The notes under the pieces are model-generated. The model saw only the letters and a list, made by a program, of their open reading frames with translations. It had not been told where the DNA came from and did not search any database. DNA of 33,431 bases from an uncultured Methanosarcinales archaeon (lineage in GTDB: Archaea > Nanobdellota > Nanobdellia > Woesearchaeales > DSVV01), in assembly GCA_964593285.1 (NCBI GenBank), contig CAZQHZ010000002.1, positions 68,739 through 102,169 on the forward strand, read 5' to 3'. Made by a program: the position numbers and the translations under genes. Shown piece by piece: positions 1 through 8,598 of this stretch; the first letter of the stretch is position 1; every line of letters starts with the position of its first letter.

Positions 1-22
1 GGTTCAAATCCGGGTCGCAGCG
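1..22 (+). tRNA. Possible 3' end of a tRNA gene truncated by the window edge (T-arm, acceptor strand, discriminator G); isotype not determinable
   Basis: GG-TTCAAAT-CCGGG-TCGCAGC-G matches an archaeal T-loop, T-stem 3' strand and 7-nt acceptor strand, followed by a T-rich tract. It could equally be one more repeat copy. Confidence 0.4.
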
Positions 23-302
23 TCTTTTCTTTTTAGAATTATTATTAAATCAAATCGGATTTGAAGCGGGTTATGAATGTTAATGAGTTTATCCGGTTCA
101 AATCCGGGTCGCAAGGTTTTTTCTTTTTAGAATTATTATTAAATTAAATTGGATTTGAAGCGGGTCACGAATGTTAATGAGTTTATCTGGTTCAAATCCG
201 GGTCGCAGCGTCTTTTCTTTTTAGAATTATTATTAAATCAAATCGGATTTGAAGCGGGTTATGAATGTTAATGAGTTTATCCGGTTCAAATCCGGGTCGT
301 AG
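1..302 (+). repeat. 94-bp tandem repeat array (3 full copies plus a partial 4th) derived from a tRNA 3' end; may continue upstream of the window
   Basis: GGTTCAAATCCGGGTCG recurs at 1, 95, 189 and 283 (period 94). Copies 1 and 3 are identical and copy 2 differs at 8 positions. Each unit carries (C/T)GGATTTGAA, the reverse complement of TTCAAATCC(G). Confidence 0.97.
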
Positions 303-471
303 ATTTTTTATCCACCTAAACATAATTTCGGTGCGTTTTTCTTCTAATTTTATCATACAGTGGCTCATCGACATCACACTTCTGACCACCATATAAAAAT
401 TATGGAAGATATTGTATTTCAAATAAATTCTTTTTATAAATTTTAAATTATGTTATTTTTAAAAGTCAAAA

Positions 472-1050
472 TTACATCTTTTTAGCTTGTTTGTAATTAT
501 CTTGGTAAATTGGATCTTGTGGACAAAATTCAACTGCCATTTTGCCATGGTACATAGCGCTACTCTTATTTCCAAGTACAATCTCAAAAGCAGTTATTTG
601 ACTGTGAAGTCCACCAATCGAACAAGCATATTTTTCCTGGCTTGCAAGATGTTGAGTCAATTTTAAGCTTTCTTTACAATAACTTCTTGCTGTAACAAGA
701 TCACTCTTAGGTCTTTTTCCTTTATCCCATAAAAAGAAAATCGTATCAGCAAGTTCACTTAAAACTGCTGCATAATTTGGTGTATTTGATAATCCTGATT
801 GTTCAAATTCAAGTCTAGATTTTTCATAAAATTTGAAAGCTGTTTTAAAATCATTTTTATCGTAAGCTGCAAATCCTTGTCTGAAGTAAGCAACTGCTTC
901 TTTTTCTCCAGCATAAGCTTTTTCTGGAGAAAAGACTTCCATAATACCTGCCGGATTTAAATCTGTTGTTGAGATTCTATTTTCTAAAGTGTCAAGACTT
1001 GGAGCTGCAATTGTTCCAAGTGCTACTAAAGTTGCAATTGTTTTTTTCAT
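472..1050 (-). CDS. Secreted TPR-like alpha-helical repeat protein
   Basis: N-terminal MKK plus hydrophobic stretch, an AYA motif at about aa 45-47, and TPR-like helix pairs (AYFRQGFAAYDKNDFKTAFKFYEKS; AMYHGKMAVEFCPQD). Confidence 0.75.
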   Translation of the reverse strand: MKKTIATLVALGTIAAPSLDTLENRISTTDLNPAGIMEVFSPEKAYAGEKEAVAYFRQGFAAYDKNDFKTAFKFYEKSRLEFEQSGLSNTPNYAAVLSELADTIFFLWDKGKRPKSDLVTARSYCKESLKLTQHLASQEKYACSIGGLHSQITAFEIVLGNKSSAMYHGKMAVEFCPQDPIYQDNYKQAKKM

Positions 1051-1434
1051 AATTATTATCTAGTTGTTGTTATTAAAAAGAAACAAATATTTATATTTAA
1101 ATATATTTATTTTCAAAAGCCTTTTTACAATCATCCTATCTTTTATAATTACTGGTTGTCATATTATAAATAGAAGTGGGGAACAAAAAAGTACAAAATA
1201 AGTTACCCAAAAAGGTACCTTACCCCTCAGACCTTTCCGAAATGGCGTTTTAATAGGAAATCTTTAAATATGATACCCCACCATATAAATAATATGGCAG
1301 TTTTGGACTTGCTGATTTTGGCACTCCGGCTGACTAAACATTGAGATATAGACGGTAAAATTAAGAATTATGATGATAAATTGCGTGACCAGGTGGCACA
1401 TTCTACTCTCTCTATGTTAGTTAATAGATATTGT

Positions 1435-1612
1435 TGGATTTAAAACAGGTCATGAATGCTAATGAGTTTATTTACTTTAAATTCTGGTCGTAGCATCTTT
1501 TCTTTTTAGAATTTTTAATAAATTAAATCTTGGTTGCATTGTCTTTTCTTTTTATTATAGTCAATAATTATAATTAATAAACACTATTGGATTTGAAAAT
1601 CGCTTTTGAATG
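1435..1612 (+). repeat. Degenerate copies of the 94-bp tRNA-derived unit
   Basis: 1435-1533 (TGGATTTAAAACAGGTCATGAATGCTAATGAGTTTA...GGTCGTAGCATCTTTTCTTTTTAGAATT) aligns with the unit. A more eroded copy follows (GTCTTTTCTTTTT...TTGGATTTGAA...GAATGT). Confidence 0.85.
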
Positions 1613-1686
1613 TAAATTATTTAAAAACAAAGATAATTTATTAAAATAAATCAAAAACTTTATAATTTCTTGTTGTTTTTTTGGTT

Positions 1687-2328
1687 ATGATGTTAAGTAT
1701 TATCTTTAAAATTTTATTAATTGTTGTAATTATATTTCTTGTTTTATTAATCTTATTTTTATTATTTTGGAAATTTTGGTTTTGTCGAGATCCAAAAAGA
1801 ATTATTCCAAAAGAAGATTGTATAGTGTGTCCTGCAGATGGAATTATAAATCAAATTATATTTTCAAATAAAAATAATATTAAGATAAATAAAGGTTATT
1901 TTGGAAAAATTAATACTTTAGCAAAAGAGGTTTCAAAAAATTATATTTTAATTTCAATTGTTATGACTCCTTTTGATGTACATTATCAGAGAAGTCCAAT
2001 TTCTGGTAAAGTAATTAATATAAATTATGAAAAAGGAAAATTCAATAATGCTGTTTCAAAAAAAATAGCATTAGAGAATGAAAAAAATGAAATATTAATT
2101 AAAGGAAAAAATAATTTGAAAATTAAAGTAATTCAAATTGCAGGTTTTTTAGCAAGAAGAATTAATTGTTTTGTTAAAAAAAACCAAATTGTTATTAAAG
2201 GACAAAAAATTGGTTTTATTAACCTTGGTTCGCAAGTTTCATTAATTATTCCTTCAAAATTTAAATTAAAAGTGAAAAAAAATCAAAAAGTATATGGGGG
2301 AAAAACAATAATTGCTAATTTAAAATGA
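1687..2328 (+). CDS. psd: Phosphatidylserine/archaetidylserine decarboxylase proenzyme
   Basis: RDP, PADG, HYQRSPISG, NEKN and QIAGFLARRI motifs plus the LGS autocleavage motif; N-terminal TM. ATG at 1687 or 1690 preferred over TTG at 1681. Confidence 0.93.
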   Translation: MMLSIIFKILLIVVIIFLVLLILFLLFWKFWFCRDPKRIIPKEDCIVCPADGIINQIIFSNKNNIKINKGYFGKINTLAKEVSKNYILISIVMTPFDVHYQRSPISGKVININYEKGKFNNAVSKKIALENEKNEILIKGKNNLKIKVIQIAGFLARRINCFVKKNQIVIKGQKIGFINLGSQVSLIIPSKFKLKVKKNQKVYGGKTIIANLK

Positions 2329-2834
2329 AAATTATAAAAATGTTAAAATTTGCAGATTTATTTACTATATTAAATTTGGTTTGTGCATTTGTTTCAATTA
2401 TTTTTTCGATAAAAAATGATTTTTTTTTGGCATCCATTTTTTTATTGTTATGTGTTTTATTCGATTTTTTAGATGGAAAAATTGCAAGATTTATGAAATC
2501 TGAAAATAAATTTGGAAAAGAATTAGATTCATTATCAGATATTGTTGCTTTTGGTATAACTCCTGTTATTTTTGGTTTTTGTATTGGTTTAGATAATATT
2601 TTATTAATTAGTTCATTAATATTTTTTTTAATTTGTTCCCAGCTTCGTTTAGCAAGGTTTAATATTTTAAATATTAAAGGTTATATTGGAATGCCTGTTA
2701 CTTTAAATGGAATCATTTTTCCATTATTATATTTTACTTTATTTAATACAATTTATTTTATTAACATATTATTTTTCATATATTTTATTTTAGGTATATT
2801 AATGATTTCAGATATTAAATTTAAAAAAATTTAG
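2325..2834 (+). CDS. pssA: CDP-alcohol phosphatidyltransferase (phosphatidylserine/archaetidylserine synthase)
   Basis: DFLDGKIAR...GKELDSLSD signature, RLARFN and GMP motifs; ATGA overlap with psd. Confidence 0.92.
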   Translation: MKIIKMLKFADLFTILNLVCAFVSIIFSIKNDFFLASIFLLLCVLFDFLDGKIARFMKSENKFGKELDSLSDIVAFGITPVIFGFCIGLDNILLISSLIFFLICSQLRLARFNILNIKGYIGMPVTLNGIIFPLLYFTLFNTIYFINILFFIYFILGILMISDIKFKKI

Positions 2835-2840
2835 AAAAAA

Positions 2841-3729
2841 ATGGTTATTGAAGATATATTATTAGTTTATTTGATTTTAAGTGTTATTTTATCTGTTTTT
2901 TTTGCTCAAATTTTTAAGTTTTTAGTGAGTTTTTTTAAAGAAAATAAATTTATAATTTCAAAATTATGGGATACTGGGGGTATGCCAAGTAGTCATTCTT
3001 CACTTGCAAGTTCTTTAATTTTAGGTGTTTATTTGATAGATGGATTTAGTTTGCTTTTTATTGTTACTTTTTTTATTTGTAGTGTTATTGTAAGAGATGC
3101 TTTTGGAATACGAAAAGATGTTTCTGATCAAGCTGTTATATTAAATAAAATTATTGTTGATTTAAAATTAAAAAAAAGATTAAATTTATTAAAATTAAAA
3201 GAATTAGTTGGACATAGTTTTTTGCAAGTTATATTTGGATTAATTAGTGGAATTGTAATTACTTTAATTGTTTTTAATATTAATTTAATTATTGAATATT
3301 TTATTAATTTTAATTATATTATTATTTTAATTTCATTATATTTTGTATTACCTGGTTTAATCTCTAATATGATGCCAATTTTTGTTAAAAATAAATTTAA
3401 ATTTTTAAAAATTCCAGTAGATTTTTATTATAAATTTAACAATAAAAGAATTTTTGGAAATCATAAAACAGTAAGGGGTTTTGTTTTTGGAATAATTGGT
3501 GGAATGTTTGTTGGTTTAGTACAATATTTAATATCTAATTTTGAAATTATTCAAAAAATAAGTTATATTGATTATACTTTATTTAATTCTTTATTTATTG
3601 GATTTTTATTTGGATTTGCTGCTTTATTTGGCGATGCAATTGAAAGTTTTATTAAAAGACAAATTAATATAAATCCAGGAAAGCCTTTTATTCCATTTGA
3701 TCAAATTGATTTTATTTTAGCAATTATTT
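2841..3729 (+). CDS. carS: Fusion of a divergent PAP2/DUF212 acid-phosphatase-like domain and CDP-archaeol synthase (CarS); 3' end lost in an assembly gap
   Basis: N-half: AQxxK, GGMPSSHS, DAFGIR, ELVGH. C-half: P..SNMMP, PVD, GNHKTVRG, GDAIESFIKR, DQID. The frame is open until the Ns at 3730. Confidence 0.85.
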
Positions 3730-3829
3730 NNNNNNNNNNNNNNNNNNNNNNNNNNNNNNNNNNNNNNNNNNNNNNNNNNNNNNNNNNNNNNNNNNNNNNN
3801 NNNNNNNNNNNNNNNNNNNNNNNNNNNNN
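3730..3829. other. Assembly gap (100 N)
   Basis: Run of exactly 100 N; the true size is unknown. Confidence 1.
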
Positions 3830-3873
3830 TAGAAACAATAAATTATAAAAAGATTAAATGATTATTAATATTT

Positions 3874-4953
3874 ATGCTAGGTAATAATAGTATAAATATC
3901 ATTGAAGATTTTAATACATCTATTGCACAAAATAGTGGTAATGATTATTTGTATTCGATTATTTTATTTTTTTCATTAATTTTATTTTTTAAATTATTTA
4001 AATTATTTGTTTCTTATCGTATTAGTAAAAAAGAAAAAAATAAAGATTATATTTATAAAAGAATAATTATTGAAATTTTTAAATCATTAAATTGGCCTTT
4101 ATTTTTTGTGTTTTCATTATATATTTCATCAATCTTTTTTATAAAATTACCTAATTTTTTAATTCAATCTTATTTTTATATTTTATTAATTGTTGGTATT
4201 TATTATGCTGTAAAAGTTGCTTTTAGAGTATTAGATTTAGTTATCAATTTAAAGATTGAAAAAAAAACAAAAGAAAATTTATCTGAAGGAGTTTCTTTTT
4301 TAGATGTTTTACGAATATTAATTAAGGCTTTTATTTTAATTCTTGCATTATTAATGCTTTTATCTAATTTAAATTTTAATATAAGTTCATTAATTGCAGG
4401 ACTTGGTATTGGTGGTATTGCTATTGCATTTGCACTACAAAGTATTTTGTCTGATTTATTTAGCTCATTTTCTATTTATTTTGACAAGCCCTTTACTGAA
4501 GGTGATTTTATAATTATTGGTGAAGATATGGGGGTTGTTAAAAAAATAGGAATTAAAAGTACTAGAATTCAAACACTTCAAGGCCAAGAATTAATTGTTT
4601 CTAATAAAGAATTAACATCTATTAGAATAAATAATTATAACAAAATGAGTAAAAGAAGAATTGCTTTTTTTATTGGTGTTGAATATAGTACTCCTAAAAA
4701 AAAATTAGAAAAGATTCCAAAGATTATTGAAAAAATAATTCAAAAAATTGAACTTTCAGAATTTGATAGGGCTCATTTTAAAAGCTTTGGGGATTTTAGT
4801 TTAAATTATGAAATAGTATATTATGTTGATACTTCAGATTATACAAAATATATGGATATTCAGCAACAGATAAATTTAGCATTAGTTTCTGCTTTTGAAA
4901 AAGAAAAAATAGAATTTGCATTCCCATCAAGGACAATTTATTTAAAAAAATAA
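3874..4953 (+). CDS. mscS: Small-conductance mechanosensitive channel, MscS family
   Basis: AGLGIGGIAIAFALQ, DKPFTEGDFI, IGIKSTRI and IEFAFPSRT motifs. Confidence 0.95.
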   Translation: MLGNNSINIIEDFNTSIAQNSGNDYLYSIILFFSLILFFKLFKLFVSYRISKKEKNKDYIYKRIIIEIFKSLNWPLFFVFSLYISSIFFIKLPNFLIQSYFYILLIVGIYYAVKVAFRVLDLVINLKIEKKTKENLSEGVSFLDVLRILIKAFILILALLMLLSNLNFNISSLIAGLGIGGIAIAFALQSILSDLFSSFSIYFDKPFTEGDFIIIGEDMGVVKKIGIKSTRIQTLQGQELIVSNKELTSIRINNYNKMSKRRIAFFIGVEYSTPKKKLEKIPKIIEKIIQKIELSEFDRAHFKSFGDFSLNYEIVYYVDTSDYTKYMDIQQQINLALVSAFEKEKIEFAFPSRTIYLKK

Positions 4954-5039
4954 CTTTTCGTCATTAAATTGTTGTAATTTTTTATAAGATTATTTAGAAA
5001 AGTTTATTAAGTTGCATTGTTTCTTTAAATTGATATTTA

Positions 5040-6383
5040 ATGGAAGAATATGATTTAATAATTGTTGGTGCAGGTCCTGCAGGTTTATTTTGTGCTTATG
5101 AGATTTCTAAAAAGACTAATTTAAAATTTTTAATTATTGATAAAGGTAAGGCTCCACTTGAAAGATTAAGAAATAAGGATGATATTATGTGTGGTGTTGG
5201 TGGTGCTGGTTGCATGAGTGATGGTAAATTAAACATTGACCCATATATTGGTGGCGATTTAAAAGAATTATTTAATGATGAAAAAATAGCTTATGAAATA
5301 ATTGATTATGTTGATAATATATTTGTTAAATTTGGTGCACCAAAAGAAATGATGTTAAATAATGGAAAAACCCAAAAACTAAAACAAAAAGCTTCTCAAG
5401 CCGGAATAAAATATATTCCAATTAGACAAAAACATATTGGTTCTGATAATTTACCTAAGCTAATTGATAAAATAAAAAAAGAAATTGAAAAAAAAGGAGA
5501 TTTTTTATTAAATACAACGGTTTTTGATATAATAACTAAAAATGATAATGTAAAAGGTGTAATTTTAGATAATGATAAAAAAATTTATTCTAAAAAAGTT
5601 ATTTTAGCTCCAGGAAGGAGCGGTAATGAGTGGTTTAATAAAATTATTGAAAATCACAATTTAGATATTCAATATAATCCAATAGATGTTGGTGTTAGAG
5701 TTGAAACATTATATGATATTTTTAAAGATTTAACTGATATTAATTACGATCCAAAAATACATATTTATACTAAAAAATATAAAGATTTTGTTAGAACTTT
5801 TTGTACAAATCCAAAAGGGTTTGTTGCATCTGAAGGTTATAATGGTTTTATTGGTGTAAATGGACATGCACAAAAAAATAAACAAAGCACTAATACAAAT
5901 TTTGCATTACTAACTAGGGTTTATTTAACAAGTCCACAAGAAAATACTTTAAAATATGGAAAAAGTATTGCACAGCTTGCAACAACTATTGGTGGCGGTA
6001 AAGTAATTTTACAAACACTTGGTGATTTAAAAAACAATCAAAGATCAACATTTTCTAGGATACAAAAATCTTTTGTAAATCCAACATTAAAAAATTTTAC
6101 ACCAGGTGACATTTCAATGGCTCTGCCTTATAGAATTGTTGAAAATATTTTAGAAGCAATAAAAAAACTTGATTCAATAGCACCAGGTATTAATTCAGAT
6201 AATACCTTGCTTTATGCTCCAGAAATAAAATATCATTCAATTAAAGCAAAACATGATGAAAACTTAATGAGTTTGAAAATAAATAATTTATTTTTTGCAG
6301 GTGATGGTGGTGGTCTTACAAGGGATATAATGAATGCTGCTGCAACTGGAATATTTATTGCAAGAAAATTTATATCTAAATAA
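5040..6383 (+). CDS. FAD-dependent oxidoreductase (COG2509-like)
   Basis: IVGAGPAG Rossmann motif, GVGGAGCMSDGKL, RTFCTNP, VNGH and AGDGGG motifs. Confidence 0.88.
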   Translation: MEEYDLIIVGAGPAGLFCAYEISKKTNLKFLIIDKGKAPLERLRNKDDIMCGVGGAGCMSDGKLNIDPYIGGDLKELFNDEKIAYEIIDYVDNIFVKFGAPKEMMLNNGKTQKLKQKASQAGIKYIPIRQKHIGSDNLPKLIDKIKKEIEKKGDFLLNTTVFDIITKNDNVKGVILDNDKKIYSKKVILAPGRSGNEWFNKIIENHNLDIQYNPIDVGVRVETLYDIFKDLTDINYDPKIHIYTKKYKDFVRTFCTNPKGFVASEGYNGFIGVNGHAQKNKQSTNTNFALLTRVYLTSPQENTLKYGKSIAQLATTIGGGKVILQTLGDLKNNQRSTFSRIQKSFVNPTLKNFTPGDISMALPYRIVENILEAIKKLDSIAPGINSDNTLLYAPEIKYHSIKAKHDENLMSLKINNLFFAGDGGGLTRDIMNAAATGIFIARKFISK

Positions 6384-6878
6384 TTATTTTACTTTAGAAT
6401 ATAAATAACAATCTTCATATTTGTTATTTAATTTTACTACTTTTCTTATTATACCTTCTTTTTTATAACTACATTTAATTGCAACTTTTTCACTTGGTTT
6501 GTTTTTTTTGGTCATTATTATTTCAATTCTTATTAATTTAAGTTTATTAAATGCTATTTTTTCTAATTCTAAAACTGCTTTTGTTACAATTCCTTTATTC
6601 CAATATTTTTCATCTAAAAAATATCCAATCTCACCAATGTATTTTCGATGTTGATTTATTTTAATTCCACATCCACCAACTATTTTATTATTGTATAAAA
6701 TAGTATAATTATATTCAAAATTATTTTTTCTTTTAGTTGCATTTTTTCTTAACCATTCTTTTTCATCTTCAATAGATTTTGGTTTTATATCTAAATAAAA
6801 AAAATTAGGATTATTTAGTATTTCATAAAATTTTTTTGCATCACTTACTCTTTGGTTTCTTAATTTAATTTTTGCCAT
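6384..6878 (-). CDS. GNAT N-acetyltransferase, RimJ/RimL type
   Basis: GEIGYFLDEKYWNKGI, NKPSEKVAIKC and KEG motifs. Confidence 0.9.
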   Translation of the reverse strand: MAKIKLRNQRVSDAKKFYEILNNPNFFYLDIKPKSIEDEKEWLRKNATKRKNNFEYNYTILYNNKIVGGCGIKINQHRKYIGEIGYFLDEKYWNKGIVTKAVLELEKIAFNKLKLIRIEIIMTKKNKPSEKVAIKCSYKKEGIIRKVVKLNNKYEDCYLYSKVK

Positions 6879-7042
6879 TAATAAATATTCTTTTGGATAT
6901 TATTTAAAATTTATGTTTTTTCAAAGTTGTTTTAAAAATTTATTTTTGTGTTTGTTAAAATTTTACAAAAAATTTACAAGATTAGTAAAATCTTTTAAAA
7001 ATTATAAATAACTTTAAATATTTATAATAATATCTTTTTTTT

Positions 7043-8062
7043 ATGTTTGATATTGAGGATTTAAGAAAAAAAGGAGCAGTATTTATTATTGCATTACTTA
7101 CAATTATTTTATTTTTTGCACTTTATCCTTATATAAATGCTTTTTTTGGAGCATTAATTCTTTTTGTTTTATTTCAGAAATTTTATGATTTTATTTTTAA
7201 ATATTTGAATAATAAACGAATAAGTGCAATTATTGTTATTATTTGTACTATTTTTATTATTGTTTTACCTTTATTTTTTTTAGTTTTTAATCTTGCAGAA
7301 GAAGCAACTATTATTTTAAAATCAAGTCAAAAAACTATTTTAAACTTAGCAGAACATAATTTGTTTTCAAATTTATTTACAGGAATAGATATTGAAAGTT
7401 TTTTGTTAAAACAAATTGCAGATTTTACTAATCTAGTTCAAAGAAACATAATGTCATGGCTTGGTAAAACTGCACATATTTTAATAACTATTATTATGAT
7501 GTATTTATTATTATATTATATGTTTATAAATTCAAATGAAATAAAAAAATTAGGTTATTTAATTAGTCCATTTAATAAAAAAAATACAAAAGAATTATTA
7601 AATAATTTTTCAAAAATAACTCATACCATAATTATGAGTTCTGGTTTAATTGCTTTAATTGAGGGTTTTTTATTTGGTATTTTATTTTGGTTATTTGATT
7701 TTAATACCCCTATTTTGTTTGGGATTTTAGCTACTATTTTTTCTTTTCTTCCAGTAATTGGACCAACCATATTATGGATTCCTTCATCAATTTATTTATT
7801 TATAACTGATGATCCAATTGTTGCAATAATTTTTGTAATTCTTGGTGTAATTTTTAGTAATATAGATTTATTATTTCGTCCTATAATTCAATTAAAAATT
7901 GGTATGATTCATCCTTTAATTACATTTATTGGTGTATTTATTGGTTTTTCTTTATTTGGAACGATTGGTTTAATAATAGGTCCATTATTACTTTCATATT
8001 TCTTTTTAGTTTTGAAAATTTTTAAAAATGAATTTATTTTATCAAAGAATGTAAGAAATTAA
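7043..8062 (+). CDS. AI-2E (PerM/UPF0118) family transporter
   Basis: Multi-TM protein with SFLPVIG, D.LFRP, HPL and FGTIGLIIGP motifs. Confidence 0.9.
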   Translation: MFDIEDLRKKGAVFIIALLTIILFFALYPYINAFFGALILFVLFQKFYDFIFKYLNNKRISAIIVIICTIFIIVLPLFFLVFNLAEEATIILKSSQKTILNLAEHNLFSNLFTGIDIESFLLKQIADFTNLVQRNIMSWLGKTAHILITIIMMYLLLYYMFINSNEIKKLGYLISPFNKKNTKELLNNFSKITHTIIMSSGLIALIEGFLFGILFWLFDFNTPILFGILATIFSFLPVIGPTILWIPSSIYLFITDDPIVAIIFVILGVIFSNIDLLFRPIIQLKIGMIHPLITFIGVFIGFSLFGTIGLIIGPLLLSYFFLVLKIFKNEFILSKNVRN

Positions 8063-8065
8063 TTA

Positions 8066-8488
8066 TTATTTTTTATTTTCATTTTTTTTGCTTAATATTT
8101 TTGCACTTTTTGAAATTAAAATTATTTTAATTATGGGTGTTTTAGATATAATTTTTAATATTGAACTATTTTTTGATATTATTTTTAAAAAAATTGTTAT
8201 TTTTGAAACAATTTTTACAGTCCTAAATAAATTATTAAATGGAATACATGCAATAATATCTAGAAAATGATTTTTTAAAAATGATTTGAATGATTTTCTT
8301 TTTTTATAATTTATTTTTAAATCTATTACAAAAATTAAATTTATAAATAAATCAATTATTAAAAAAATTTCTAAATATTTTGTTTTTTTTAATATAAATT
8401 CAATAAAAAGCATTATTAGTATTGCAATTATTGAAATAATTACTAATTTATTTATTATTCTTTCAAATTTATTAGTATATTTTATCAT
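8066..8488 (-). CDS. Stand-alone voltage-sensor-like (Ion_trans S1-S4) membrane protein with no pore domain
   Basis: S2 DLFINLIFVIDL, S3 FLDIIACIPF and a basic S4-like helix FRTVKIVSKITIFLKIISK; the ORF ends after 140 aa. Confidence 0.65.
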   Translation of the reverse strand: MIKYTNKFERIINKLVIISIIAILIMLFIEFILKKTKYLEIFLIIDLFINLIFVIDLKINYKKRKSFKSFLKNHFLDIIACIPFNNLFRTVKIVSKITIFLKIISKNSSILKIISKTPIIKIILISKSAKILSKKNENKK

Positions 8489-8598
8489 TTTTTATCTGTA
8501 TATTACTTAGTATTATTTATGACATTTATTAATAATTTGTCTTTAAAAAACTAAAAAAAATACAAAAAATATTTAATTAATATTATATTTATCTATTT

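Noticed and set aside
1..302. CRISPR array
   Set aside because: The whole 94-bp unit repeats, there are no unique spacers and no cas genes are present.
95..302. Tandem functional tRNA genes
   Set aside because: The units lack the 5' acceptor strand, D-arm and anticodon arm.
192..422. 76-aa minus-strand ORF
   Set aside because: It has a TTG start and its 3' half runs through the repeat array; no recognisable motif.
1180..1186. Single GGAACAA (reverse of TTGTTCC) upstream of the TPR gene as a second operator
   Set aside because: One 7-mer without phased repeats is expected by chance.
3830..3848. C-terminus of the CarS fusion as given in the ORF track
   Set aside because: The frame across a 100-N placeholder gap is meaningless.
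8088..8270. 60-aa + strand ORF
   Set aside because: Antisense shadow of the voltage-sensor-like gene.
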